Below are positions 34,378 to 44,461 of a DNA stretch of 64,000 bases, piece by piece (within the stretch, counting starts at the first letter, position 1; each line of letters begins with the position of its first letter). The notes under the pieces are model-generated. The model was not told where the DNA came from, searched no databases, and saw nothing but the letters and a program-made list of their open reading frames with translations. The position numbers were made by a program, and so were the translations under genes. Source of the stretch: Clostridium sp. CAG:302 (GTDB lineage: Bacteria; Bacillota; Clostridia; Lachnospirales; Lachnospiraceae); NCBI GenBank assembly GCA_963657295.1, contig CAVKMX010000001.1, positions 1,577 through 65,576 on the forward strand, given 5' to 3'.

Positions 34378-34934
34378 CGAAGAAGTGTTCCGAGAAGCTG
34401 CTGGTAAACCTCGCTGCTCTGCTGCTTCCATCCGGCCACCGCTTTTTTCGCGGTCTCCTCATCCGGAACCGACAGATCAATGGACAGAATAGGATGTCCG
34501 TTCTCCCGCACCACCAGGTGCGCCGTGTAATCCTCCAGCGTGGAGCGATAATATTCCCCCAGGATGGCCTCTTCGTTGGTAATCTCACGTCCCATATCCT
34601 TCAGATAGGTGCGGATCTGCTGCTTGATGCTGTCTGAGAGCTGCCCTGCAAAAAAGCCCAGGGTCTCCTCTCCCTCCGCCGTGATCTGCAGGAAGGTCTT
34701 GCCGCCCATGCTCTTCTCTGCCACAAACCCGTTCTTCTCGATCTCTTCATAGGTCTGCAGCAGGGTTTCAAAATTCGCAGCATAGCCATTTTCGATGAGA
34801 AAGGAGCTGGTGCGCGGCATGGCGATCTCGCCGCCGGCCCGGTCCAGCATGTACAATATGATCAGCTTGTAAATTGCAACCGGCTCCATTTCCCCTCCTT
34901 TCCACGGCCCTTCCCATTCCATCTGCGTGTTCAT
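34374..34934 (-). CDS. DUF4364 family protein (winged-helix)
   Basis: YKLIILYML, YQ/LQ-ITxEGEETLxFF pattern; start may be at MEPVAIY. Confidence 0.72.
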   Translation of the reverse strand: MNTQMEWEGPWKGGEMEPVAIYKLIILYMLDRAGGEIAMPRTSSFLIENGYAANFETLLQTYEEIEKNGFVAEKSMGGKTFLQITAEGEETLGFFAGQLSDSIKQQIRTYLKDMGREITNEEAILGEYYRSTLEDYTAHLVVRENGHPILSIDLSVPDEETAKKAVAGWKQQSSEVYQQLLGTLLR

Positions 34935-34991
34935 GTCGGTATTCCTTCTCCGTTCCGGCTCCCCGCCCGGCGCATCGTCCTTCAGACGCCG

Positions 34992-36377
34992 CTATTCTGC
35001 CGCCGACGCATCGGTGCGCGGCAGCAGCTCCTCCTGCTCCGTATACCTGGGATCTCCCGTCAGCTGTGCCATGTGCTGCCGGATCACTCTCTCATAACCG
35101 TTTTCCGAGGGAAGATAGAATTTTCTGTCCCGAAGGTCCGTCGGAAGGCAGGGCTGCCCGGCGTAATGCTCCTCATAGGCGTGTGCATATTGATATCCGA
35201 TTCCTCTGCCGAGCGCCGAAGCCGCCTGATAATGTGCATCCTGCAGATACGGCGGAATCGGGAGCGATCCGGTTTCCTGTACTGCCTTTCCGGCCGCCGT
35301 GATGGATTCGCAGGCGGTGTTGGACTTCGGTGCCGTGGCCACGTACTCTGCAGCCTGTGCCAGAATGATCTGTGACTCCGGCCAGCCGATCCGTTCCGCG
35401 GCAAGGCTCGCCGCCACCGCGACCTGCAGGGCCCCCGGATCTGCATTCCCGACATCCTCCGAGGCGCAGATCATGATCCGCCTTGCGATGAATTCCGGCT
35501 CCTCGCCCGCTTCCATCATGCGGGCAAGATAATATACGGCAGCATCCGGGTCGGATCCGCGCATGCTCTTGATGAAAGCAGAGATCGTATCGTAGTGATT
35601 ATCACCTTTTTTGTCATACCTGGCAACTCGTTTCTGGATGCACTCCCGTGCAACCTCCGCGGTGATGTGAATCCTGCCGTCCTCCGCAGGCTCCGTCGTC
35701 AGAATACCGAGCTCCAGAGCGTTCAGAGCGTGCCTTGCATCTCCGCCCGAAACCTCTGCCAGGAGCTCCGCCGCATCCGGCTCCAGGACGGCGTGATAGC
35801 TCCCCATTCCTCTGTCGGTGTCCTCCGCGGCCCGGTACAGGAGCGTTCGAATGTCCTCGGCCGACAGCGGACGCAGCTCGAAAATCATGGACCGTGAGAG
35901 CAGGGCGCTGTTCACCTCAAAATACGGATTCTCTGTCGTCGCGCCGATGAGCGTAATCGTGCCGTCCTCCACAAAGGGCAGCAGGTAATCCTGCTGCCCT
36001 TTATTAAAGCGGTGAATCTCATCAATGAACAGAATGGTCTTCTTCCCGTAACCGCCCATGCGCTCCTTCGCCGCACGGATCACCTCTTCCATGTCCTTTT
36101 TGCCCGCTGCGGTTGCGTTGATCTGACAGAACTCCGCCGCCGTTGTGTTGGCAATGACGCGCGCCAGCGTGGTTTTCCCTGTGCCGGGCGGCCCGTAGAA
36201 CAGAAGGCTCCCGAGCTTGTCTGCCTTGATGGCGCGGTAGAGCAGCTTATCCCTGCCGATGATGTGCTGCTGCCCCACCACCTCCTCCAGAGTTCTGGGA
36301 CGCAGCCTTGCCGCCAGCGGCGACTCCTCCCGGCTCTTCTTCTGCCGCATGTATTCAAACAAATCCATGTCCGCCAA
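34992..36377 (-). CDS. rarA: Replication-associated recombination protein A
   Basis: PLAARLRP, GPPGTGKTT, FIDEIHRFNK, ATTENPYF, SAFIKSMRGSDPDA. Confidence 0.94.
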   Translation of the reverse strand: MADMDLFEYMRQKKSREESPLAARLRPRTLEEVVGQQHIIGRDKLLYRAIKADKLGSLLFYGPPGTGKTTLARVIANTTAAEFCQINATAAGKKDMEEVIRAAKERMGGYGKKTILFIDEIHRFNKGQQDYLLPFVEDGTITLIGATTENPYFEVNSALLSRSMIFELRPLSAEDIRTLLYRAAEDTDRGMGSYHAVLEPDAAELLAEVSGGDARHALNALELGILTTEPAEDGRIHITAEVARECIQKRVARYDKKGDNHYDTISAFIKSMRGSDPDAAVYYLARMMEAGEEPEFIARRIMICASEDVGNADPGALQVAVAASLAAERIGWPESQIILAQAAEYVATAPKSNTACESITAAGKAVQETGSLPIPPYLQDAHYQAASALGRGIGYQYAHAYEEHYAGQPCLPTDLRDRKFYLPSENGYERVIRQHMAQLTGDPRYTEQEELLPRTDASAAE

Positions 36378-36409
36378 CGTGCATACCCCCCGTCTGGTAT
36401 CCCTCTCTG

Positions 36410-38716
36410 TCAGCGCAGCTTCCAGATATCATTGTTGTATTCCCGAATCGTGCGGTCGCTTGAGAAGAAGCCGGCTCTGGCAATGTTCACAAGGCTCATC
36501 CGGTTCCATCGCCTGCGGTCCTCGTAATCCTCCAGCATCCGGTCCTTCACGCGGATGTAATCCTCCAGATCAATCAGCGCCATGAACCAGTCCTTGTTCA
36601 GGATGTCCCTGTAAAGTCTCTCCAGGTTCTCCCTGTGCCCGACTCTCATGCACTGCGCGCCCACAATGAAATCGACGGCCTCCCGGATGACGGGACTCCT
36701 CTCATAGTAATCTCTGGACACATAGTCTGCCTTCTGATAATGCTCGATCACCGTGTCCGAATCCACGCCGAACATGTAAATGTTGTCGTCGCCCACCAGC
36801 TGATGGATCTCCACATTCGCACCATCTGCGGTCCCGAGTGTCACGGCACCGTTGAGCATGAATTTCATGTTGGAGGTGCCGGAGGCCTCCTTCGAGGCCA
36901 GCGAAATCTGCTCCGAAATGTCGCAGGCCGGGATCAGCTTCTCCGCATAGGTCACATTGTAATTCGAGACGAACACCAGATGCATGTACGCATTGACATC
37001 CGGATCGTTGTTGATGATATCCTGCAGCACCAGGAGCAGGTGAATGATGTCCTGAGCGATGATGTAGGCCGGCGCCGCCTTCGCACCGAAAATGAAGTTC
37101 AGCGGCCTTGCCGGCTTTTTGCCCCTTTTGATCTCCAGATATCTGTGAATGATGTACAGCGCATTCATCTGCTGCCGCTTGTATTCATGCAGCCGCTTGA
37201 TCTGAATGTCGAAAATTCCGTTCGGGTCCAGCGCCACGCCCTCATGAGAGAGTACATATTCCGCGAGCTCCCGCTTGTTCTCCTGCTTGATGGCCTCCAG
37301 CCTGCCAAGAACCTCGTCATCATTCTGATAGCGCAGCAGATCCTCCAGTCGGGATGCGTCCTTCTTGTAGGCATCCGAGATGGTCGACGACAGGAAATTC
37401 GCCAGCCTGTGATTGCAGGAGAGCAGCCATCTGCGGAAGGTGACGCCGTTGGTTTTGTTGTTGAATTTCTCCGGGTACAGGCGGTAAAAACTGTTCAGCT
37501 CCGTGTTCTTGAGAATTTCCGTGTGAATCGCAGCCACACCGTTGACGGAAAAGCCGTAGTGAATGTCGATGAAGGCCATGTGAACACGGTTCTCCTCATC
37601 GATGATCTGAACTGCCGGATCGTCATACCGTGCACGAACTCTCCGATCGAGCTCCTTAATGATCGGCACCAGCTGCGGAACCACCTTTTCCAGGTACGCC
37701 ATCGGCCAGGTCTCCAGGGCCTCCGCCAGAATGGTGTGGTTGGTATAAGCGCAGGTTTTGGAGACAACCTCGATGGCCTCATCAACGGACAGCGCCTTTT
37801 CCTCCGTCAGGATACGGATCAGCTCCGGGATCACCAGCGTAGGATGGGTGTCATTGATCTGGATCACGGCATGGTCATACAGGCGGCGCAGATCATACTG
37901 GCGGATCTTCATCTCACGCAGAATCCACTGCGCCGCATTGCTGACCATGAAATACTGCTGGTAAATCCGCAGGAGCTGACCCTTCTCATCGGAATCATCC
38001 GGATACAGGAACAGCGTCAGATTCTTCTCGATCTCCTCCTTGTCAAAGGTAATTCCCTCCTCTACCAGCGAATCATCCACGGTATCTACGTCGAAAAGCC
38101 GCAGCTTGTTGACGCCGGCGTCGTAGCCGATGACGTCAATGTCATACATGTGCGACGTCACCTTTCGCCTGCCGTAGTAAACGTCAAAGGAAACATCGCT
38201 TCGGATCTCCCAGGAGTCCTCCTGAATCCACGGATCCTTCTCCGCCTTCTGAAGATGGTCCTCCAGGACCTGATGAAACAGGCCGTAGTGATAATTCAGA
38301 CCGAGTCCCTCTCCGGGAAGCCCCAGCGTTGCGATGGAGTCCAGGAAACAGGCGGCCAGGCGGCCGAGACCGCCGTTGCCAAGAGAAGGCTCCGGCTCCA
38401 CCTCCTCAATTCTCGCGAGGCTCTTCCCGTTCTGCTCCAGCAGCTCCTTCATCCTGTCGTATATTTTCAGATTGATCAGATTGTTGGACAGGAGCTTGCC
38501 GATCAGGAATTCCGCCGAAATGTAATAGACGCGCTTTTCTCCCGCATTTCGCTCCGTGACGGCCAGCAGCCTTTTGCAGTAGTCCAGAATGACATAATAG
38601 AGTTCTTCGTCGGTACAGTCTGCGATGGAGGATTTGCCGCATCGATCCGAGGCAATCTCCTGCAGCTGCTCTTCCATGTTCAGTGCCAGAATGTCACGTT
38701 TCATATTGGTAACCAT
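36410..38716 (-). CDS. glgP: Glycogen/maltodextrin phosphorylase
   Basis: [49 protein letters not shown]. Confidence 0.95.
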   Translation of the reverse strand: MVTNMKRDILALNMEEQLQEIASDRCGKSSIADCTDEELYYVILDYCKRLLAVTERNAGEKRVYYISAEFLIGKLLSNNLINLKIYDRMKELLEQNGKSLARIEEVEPEPSLGNGGLGRLAACFLDSIATLGLPGEGLGLNYHYGLFHQVLEDHLQKAEKDPWIQEDSWEIRSDVSFDVYYGRRKVTSHMYDIDVIGYDAGVNKLRLFDVDTVDDSLVEEGITFDKEEIEKNLTLFLYPDDSDEKGQLLRIYQQYFMVSNAAQWILREMKIRQYDLRRLYDHAVIQINDTHPTLVIPELIRILTEEKALSVDEAIEVVSKTCAYTNHTILAEALETWPMAYLEKVVPQLVPIIKELDRRVRARYDDPAVQIIDEENRVHMAFIDIHYGFSVNGVAAIHTEILKNTELNSFYRLYPEKFNNKTNGVTFRRWLLSCNHRLANFLSSTISDAYKKDASRLEDLLRYQNDDEVLGRLEAIKQENKRELAEYVLSHEGVALDPNGIFDIQIKRLHEYKRQQMNALYIIHRYLEIKRGKKPARPLNFIFGAKAAPAYIIAQDIIHLLLVLQDIINNDPDVNAYMHLVFVSNYNVTYAEKLIPACDISEQISLASKEASGTSNMKFMLNGAVTLGTADGANVEIHQLVGDDNIYMFGVDSDTVIEHYQKADYVSRDYYERSPVIREAVDFIVGAQCMRVGHRENLERLYRDILNKDWFMALIDLEDYIRVKDRMLEDYEDRRRWNRMSLVNIARAGFFSSDRTIREYNNDIWKLR

Positions 38717-38874
38717 AATTCACTCCTTCGCAATGTCAGTTCTCCCGCCGGTTCCCCTGCAGGAGGCCGGATGTCCGTCAGATTATAACCCAAAATTTCC
38801 GGAGGGACACGCTCTCCCCCCGGAAACCCTTCTCACATTATGTCACCGGCTGCTGCCGGTCACAGCATACAGCA

Positions 38875-40122
38875 TCAGAATTCCTGCAGCTCCTTCATGA
38901 CAAGATGACGCGGCGTACCGTTCACCCAGATCGGCAGCTGCTCGCCCTGAATCAGCGGACGTGCATACTTTACATAATCCTCTGTCAGATTATCGCCTTC
39001 CTCATTGATCCACTCCTGCGGAACGTTCTTGACGCCGTTGGCAATCTGATGAATGTCAAACTTGGAGAACTCGATGCGGTAGGGCTCGCCCTCTGCATTG
39101 ACTCTCTTGAAAATGACCATCTTCGCCGTCTCACCCTTGGAGGCTGCATCGGCTGCCATGCTGCCTGCCGTGAAGGCCTCTTCGATGTCCGTAAGCGACG
39201 CCACATGGGTTGCTGCTCTCTGCATGGTGGAAAATTCAATGGCGCGGGTCTTGCAGCCGGTCCTCTCGCCGATCAGCGCGCACAGTGCGGTTGCCGTTCC
39301 GGAAAGCTGCTTATGCCCGAAGGCATCCACCTTGTCGGAGGCATTGCCCAGCTCGCAGGCATAGCGGCCGTCCGCGAGCTTGAGGCCCTCAGAAACAGCA
39401 ATGACAACCGAGTGCTTGGTCTTGGAAAGGGTCTCCACCTTGTCGAGGAACTTGTCGATATCGAACACTCGCTCCGGAAGATAAATGGCATCCACGCCGC
39501 TGCAGTCATCGCCCTTGGCCAGCGCAGCCGCCGCAGTCAGCCAGCCGGCATCGCGTCCCATGATCTCCGCAACCACAATGGTCGGCTTCACCGTACCGAA
39601 GGACTCGTTGTCGCGGATGATCTCCTTCATCGTTGTTGCGATGTATTTGGCCGCAGAGCCGTAGCCGGGGCAATGGTCCGTGACAGGCAGGTCATTGTCG
39701 ATGGTCTTGGGAACACCCATGAACAGCTGACTCTTGCCGTGATCCTTGGCATAATCGCTGAGCATCTTCACGGTATCCATGGAGTCGTTGCCGCCCGCAT
39801 AGAAAAGCGTGTCAATGTCATGCGCCTCCATGATCCGGAAGACGTTCTCGTAGACGTCCTCGTGGCCCTCGATCTTGGGCATTTTGAAGCGACAGGAGCC
39901 AAGGAAGGCAGACGGTGTTCTCTTGAGCAGTTCGATCCCCATCGGATCCGCAAGGTATTCATCCAGATCAACCAGCTTGTCCTGCAGGAAGCCCTCGATG
40001 CCGTGAATCATGCCGTAGACATGCTCCGCACCTGCCGCCTTTGCGCCGGCATATACGCCTGCGATGGAGGAGTTGATGACGGCGGTGGGGCCGCCCGACT
40101 GACCTACAACTACATTCTTCAT
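38875..40122 (-). CDS. 6-phosphofructokinase, probably PPi-dependent
   Basis: GQSGGPTAVIN, GGNDS (Asp typical of PPi enzymes), PKTIDND, MGRDAGW. Confidence 0.9.
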   Translation of the reverse strand: MKNVVVGQSGGPTAVINSSIAGVYAGAKAAGAEHVYGMIHGIEGFLQDKLVDLDEYLADPMGIELLKRTPSAFLGSCRFKMPKIEGHEDVYENVFRIMEAHDIDTLFYAGGNDSMDTVKMLSDYAKDHGKSQLFMGVPKTIDNDLPVTDHCPGYGSAAKYIATTMKEIIRDNESFGTVKPTIVVAEIMGRDAGWLTAAAALAKGDDCSGVDAIYLPERVFDIDKFLDKVETLSKTKHSVVIAVSEGLKLADGRYACELGNASDKVDAFGHKQLSGTATALCALIGERTGCKTRAIEFSTMQRAATHVASLTDIEEAFTAGSMAADAASKGETAKMVIFKRVNAEGEPYRIEFSKFDIHQIANGVKNVPQEWINEEGDNLTEDYVKYARPLIQGEQLPIWVNGTPRHLVMKELQEF

Positions 40123-40278
40123 AAATGCACCTTCCCTCTCTTCGATCTTCTGCCTGATACTGACACAACCAACGTATTGCAAAACATCCCCGGACGAGGA
40201 GGGCGCTGCTGCGCCCTTCCCCATCCAAGGATGAATTATACCAAGGCAGAATCTTTCCGTCAAAATGTTGCCGCGCCG

Positions 40279-41802
40279 CTACAGCACAACGCCGTCCTTG
40301 AAGATGGAAATTTCACGGCAGCCGTGCCGCTCCGCCAGTGTCTGTTCGCCGGAGGCAACGCGCAGCACATAGTCGAGCAGGCGGTCGCCTGCCTCATCCA
40401 GGGTTTCCTTTCCCTCTGCCACCGTGCCGGCATTGAAATCGATCCATTCCTTTTTACGGGCGGCCAGATTCGAATTGGTCGCCAGCTTCACCGTAGGTGC
40501 CGGCGCCCCGAAGGGAGTTCCGCGCCCCGTCGTAAAGAGGATCAGATGCGCTCCTGCCGCCGTCAGATCCGTGGCACTCACAAGATCGTTGCCCGGTCCG
40601 GAAAGGACGTTCAGTCCCTTCCGGGTTACAGATTCCGCATATCCCAGAACATCAACAATCTGGGCGCTTCCGCCCTTCTGTACGCAGCCGCAGGATTTGT
40701 CCTCCAGCGTTGTGATGCCGCCCTTTTTGTTGCCCGGGGAAGGATTCTCGTAGACCACCTGTCCGTGATCCGTGAAGTACTTCTTGAAGTCATTGACCAT
40801 CTTCACGGCCTTTTCGTAGGTCTCCTGATCCTTGCAGCGGGAGAACAGAATGTTCTCCGCGCCGAACATCTCCGGAACCTCGGTCAGAACCGTGGAGCCG
40901 CCAAGAGCAATCAGGCGATCCGAGAACCGTCCCACCGCAGGGTTGGCCGTGATGCCGGAGAGGCCGTCAGACCCACCGCACTTCATGCCGACCACCAGCT
41001 CCGAGGCGGAAATCTCTTCTCTGTGGAATTGACCAGTATAGTCAGCAAGCTCCTTCAGCAGTGCGCTGCCGGCCTCCAGCTCATCCTCCACGTCCTGGCA
41101 GATCAGGAATTTAACGCGCTCCTCGTCGTACTCCCCCAGTGCCTCCTTGAACATGTCCAGCTGCAGGTTCTCGCAGCCAAGGCCGAGGCAGAGGACGCCA
41201 CCCGCATTCGGATGGCGGACAAGAGCGGTCAGGAGACGCTTCGTCGTCGCAAGGTCGTCGCCCAGCTGAGAACATCCGAAGGGATGCGGATAATAGAACA
41301 GTCCGTCCACGGATGCATAGGCCGGATCGGTTTCCGTCCCCTCTCTGTGATCCAGTCCTCCCACCAGATGCTGGTTCTCTTCCACCAGCTGCTTGGCAAT
41401 GCCGTTGACGCAGCCGACGATCGGGATGATCCAGATCTCATTGCGGATGCCGGCCTTGCCGTCCTTTCGCCGGTAGCCCATGAAGGTTCTCGGAGCCACC
41501 TTGGGCAGCTCATAAACCTTATGGTCATACCGATACTCCATGTTCTCCGACAGTTCCGTCACCACATTATGGGTATGAACCCAGGCGCCGGCCGGAATAT
41601 TTGCCGTTGCAACGGCAATGGTGTTGCCGTATTTGATCACCGGCTCTCCCTTGGCGATCGGCACCAGGGCCACCTTGTGCCCCCTTGCCACATCCTCGGC
41701 TGCAGTGACGGAATATCTGTCCACTGCAACCTGCTCGCCCCTGGAGATGTCTTCCAGAGCCACCGCCACATTATCGGCAGGATGAATATGAATGTATTTC
41801 AT
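40279..41802 (-). CDS. uxaA: Altronate dehydratase
   Basis: N-terminal SAF domain (DNVAVA, GHKVAL, VHTHN), GLGCE, KCGGSDG, FTTGRG. Confidence 0.94.
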   Translation of the reverse strand: MKYIHIHPADNVAVALEDISRGEQVAVDRYSVTAAEDVARGHKVALVPIAKGEPVIKYGNTIAVATANIPAGAWVHTHNVVTELSENMEYRYDHKVYELPKVAPRTFMGYRRKDGKAGIRNEIWIIPIVGCVNGIAKQLVEENQHLVGGLDHREGTETDPAYASVDGLFYYPHPFGCSQLGDDLATTKRLLTALVRHPNAGGVLCLGLGCENLQLDMFKEALGEYDEERVKFLICQDVEDELEAGSALLKELADYTGQFHREEISASELVVGMKCGGSDGLSGITANPAVGRFSDRLIALGGSTVLTEVPEMFGAENILFSRCKDQETYEKAVKMVNDFKKYFTDHGQVVYENPSPGNKKGGITTLEDKSCGCVQKGGSAQIVDVLGYAESVTRKGLNVLSGPGNDLVSATDLTAAGAHLILFTTGRGTPFGAPAPTVKLATNSNLAARKKEWIDFNAGTVAEGKETLDEAGDRLLDYVLRVASGEQTLAERHGCREISIFKDGVVL

Positions 41803-41812
41803 CTCGTTCCCC

Positions 41813-43312
41813 TTACAGCACCGAAGCATAGGCAGCTTCCGTGCCTTCTTTGCGGATCAGCTCCAGGTCCTTCGCAACCTGCTCCTCCAGGCCTGCAATC
41901 TGCGTCAGATCCTGATCCCACATCTGCGTGTTGGAGAGGACATCATGCACCAGTGCACCGGCTTCCATTCCCTTGCGCTCCCAGTAGAAATCCAATGCCC
42001 ATCCATCGTCCTGGATCTTGTACTCATTGCCGGCCGGGCGCTTTGCCACAAGGCCGTCGTCCTCACGGCGCACCAGATCATTGCTGTAGAAGGCAATGTA
42101 GGCTGCAAAGCCCATGCAGAGTGCCTGCGGAAGCTTGCCGAATTTCTCGTTGTACTCCAGAAGGGACGGAAGATCTCTTGCCTTCCACTTCGACGTGGTG
42201 TTCAGCGTGATGCTCATCAGCTGATGATCCACAAAAGGATTGTTGAAGCGATCGGTCACAGCCGCCGCGAAGTTCTCGCAGTCTGCCTTGTCCAGCGGAA
42301 GGATCGGAATGACCTCGTCGAACAGCAGCTTGTTCATAAAGCCGTGAATGGTCTCATCCTGCATGCAGTCGCGGACGATTTCCTTGCCGGCCAGATATGC
42401 TCCCGGAACAAAGCCGGTGTGCGCGCCGTTCAGGATGCGGACCTTTCTCTTCTTGTAGGGAGCGACCTCGGGAACAACATGAACATTCACGCCGGCCTTC
42501 TTGAAAGGCAGCTTTTCTCCGAGCCATTCCGGCCCCTCGATGTACCACACGCCGAACACCTCACCGACGTCCTTGATGTCATCCGTGTATCCGTTCTCCT
42601 CATCCATCTTCTCGTTTTCCTTCGGATCACGGATGCGGCCGGGAACAATGCGGTCTACCAGCGTGGAGCAGAACAGGCAGTCCTCGGAAATGTACTTCTT
42701 AAAGCCCTCCTCATATCCCCAGTCATCTGCGTGCTGCAGAACGATCTTCTTCAGCTCCTGTCCGTTGTTGTCAATCAGCTCGCAGGAAAGGAAAACAATG
42801 CCGGGCTTGCCTGCCTTGAAGCGCTCGTACAGAAGGACGGCAACCTTTGCCGGGAAGCTGGTCGGCGGCAGCTGGTCCGGTGTGCAGGTGCTGTCATAAG
42901 CGATGCCGGCCTCTGTCGTATTGGAAGCCATGTACTCCAGATCATCCGAGCAGGCAATGGCGCGCATCTGCTCCCAGTCCGCGGGATCATACGGGTTGTA
43001 GCAGGCATCCACGCAGGAGATCACGCGCTTTCTGTCAACCTTCTCTCCGTTCTCTGCGCCGCGAAGATACAGGGTGTAAAGGCCCTCCTGATCGTTGATG
43101 AACTTTCCGATGCCCTGTCCGATCGGCTGTGCCAGCGCGATCTTGCCGTTCCATCCGGCCTTCTCGTTGGACATGTCAAACCAGTAATCCACAAATGCCC
43201 GAAGAAAGTTGCCCTCTCCGAACTGCAGAACCTTTACCGGTGCTGCCCCTTTGTCCAGAATATAGCCATCGTATCCGGACTTTTTCAGAACCTCGTAATT
43301 CAGCTTCTCCAT
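41813..43312 (-). CDS. uxaB: Tagaturonate reductase (altronate oxidoreductase)
   Basis: LQFGEGNFLRAF, SNTTEAGI, LVDRIVPG, KVRILNGAHT, RFNNPF. Confidence 0.94.
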   Translation of the reverse strand: MEKLNYEVLKKSGYDGYILDKGAAPVKVLQFGEGNFLRAFVDYWFDMSNEKAGWNGKIALAQPIGQGIGKFINDQEGLYTLYLRGAENGEKVDRKRVISCVDACYNPYDPADWEQMRAIACSDDLEYMASNTTEAGIAYDSTCTPDQLPPTSFPAKVAVLLYERFKAGKPGIVFLSCELIDNNGQELKKIVLQHADDWGYEEGFKKYISEDCLFCSTLVDRIVPGRIRDPKENEKMDEENGYTDDIKDVGEVFGVWYIEGPEWLGEKLPFKKAGVNVHVVPEVAPYKKRKVRILNGAHTGFVPGAYLAGKEIVRDCMQDETIHGFMNKLLFDEVIPILPLDKADCENFAAAVTDRFNNPFVDHQLMSITLNTTSKWKARDLPSLLEYNEKFGKLPQALCMGFAAYIAFYSNDLVRREDDGLVAKRPAGNEYKIQDDGWALDFYWERKGMEAGALVHDVLSNTQMWDQDLTQIAGLEEQVAKDLELIRKEGTEAAYASVL

Positions 43313-43524
43313 CTTTCTTCCTTTCTGTGCCGCTGTATGCAGCACCGCCCCACTCTCGGGCATGATCACCTTCTGATCATCTTCGCCCATTGCTTCTCTC
43401 ATTATCTGATAAGGTTATGGCAATGTCAAGGCGACTTTTTTGAGCAATTCATGACAATATTATGGCAAAATATTGAATTATCCTCCGCAGTGTTCTATGC
43501 TGTAACGTAAGTATCGGAGGATAA

Positions 43525-44292
43525 ATGCGCATGAAGGCTCAAAGGCTCAATCAACTGGAAGAGTTCATCGTACAAAGGCAGACGGTTACGATGGAGGACA
43601 TCTGCTCAGAGTTCCGGATTTCCGTTACCACGGCAAGACGGGATCTGAATGAGCTGATCGCGGCCGGCGGACGCGTGGAAAAGGTATACGGCGGGGTCCG
43701 TTCCACAGAACCTGCCGGCGGCGCTTCCCTGAAGGGCTACCACAAGCGCACCGGCATGATGGCAGCGGAAAAAGAGGCCATCTGCCGCAGGGCTGCCGCC
43801 TCCATTGAGCCGGGGGACATCATTTTCCTGGACACCGGCACCACCTGCACCGGCGTGCTCTCCTTTCTCGGCAGCGTTCCGTGCACCGTGATCACCAACA
43901 GCCTCGCCGCAGCGGAGCTGGCGGTCCCTCTTGATCTTGTCACGCTGATCCTCCTTCCCGGACGTCTCAGCCGCAATGCCATGGCTCTTGTGGGCTCCGA
44001 AACCTGTGATGCCCTGGTCAAATACAACATCGACCGCGCCTTTATGACGACCAGCGGCGTCACCATTGAGAACGGTCTCACCGATACCACTGCAGAGGAG
44101 TACACCATCAAACGCGCTGTTCTCCGGCAGAGCCGTGAAATCAATCTTCTGGCCGACAGCTCCAAATTCGATCAGAAGTCTCTCTATACCTTCTGTGCTC
44201 TGGATCGGCTCTCCGCCATCTACACGGCCGGTGAGATTGACAGCCGCTACGTACAGTATTGCGCCGACCACGGCATTGCCCTGTACCGGTAG
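43525..44292 (+). CDS. DeoR/GlpR family transcriptional regulator
   Basis: SVTTARRDL, VYGG, IFLDTGTT, VITNSL, LADSSKF; divergent from uxaB. Confidence 0.92.
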   Translation: MRMKAQRLNQLEEFIVQRQTVTMEDICSEFRISVTTARRDLNELIAAGGRVEKVYGGVRSTEPAGGASLKGYHKRTGMMAAEKEAICRRAAASIEPGDIIFLDTGTTCTGVLSFLGSVPCTVITNSLAAAELAVPLDLVTLILLPGRLSRNAMALVGSETCDALVKYNIDRAFMTTSGVTIENGLTDTTAEEYTIKRAVLRQSREINLLADSSKFDQKSLYTFCALDRLSAIYTAGEIDSRYVQYCADHGIALYR

Positions 44293-44332
44293 CACCTCGC
44301 TGCCGGAGCCCGCGCACTTTCAGCTAAAATTG

Positions 44333-44383
44333 CAAAGGGACGCAGACTGCGGAGGATTCCGGCAGACTGCGTCCCTTTGTTTT
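44333..44383. terminator. Terminator hairpin between convergent DeoR and tex genes
   Basis: CAAAGGGACGCAG...CTGCGTCCCTTTG followed by TTTT. Confidence 0.7.
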
Positions 44384-44461
44384 ACAGTAACAGTTACGTT
44401 TTGTCTTTGCTTCAGCGGGGGTGCCTTCCGCAATCTGTTTCCCTCGGATTCCCCCGGCGTA

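Noticed and set aside
36635..42210. Long plus-strand ORFs (717 aa and 1101 aa)
   Set aside because: Antisense to glgP, pfk and uxaA, which carry clear family motifs.
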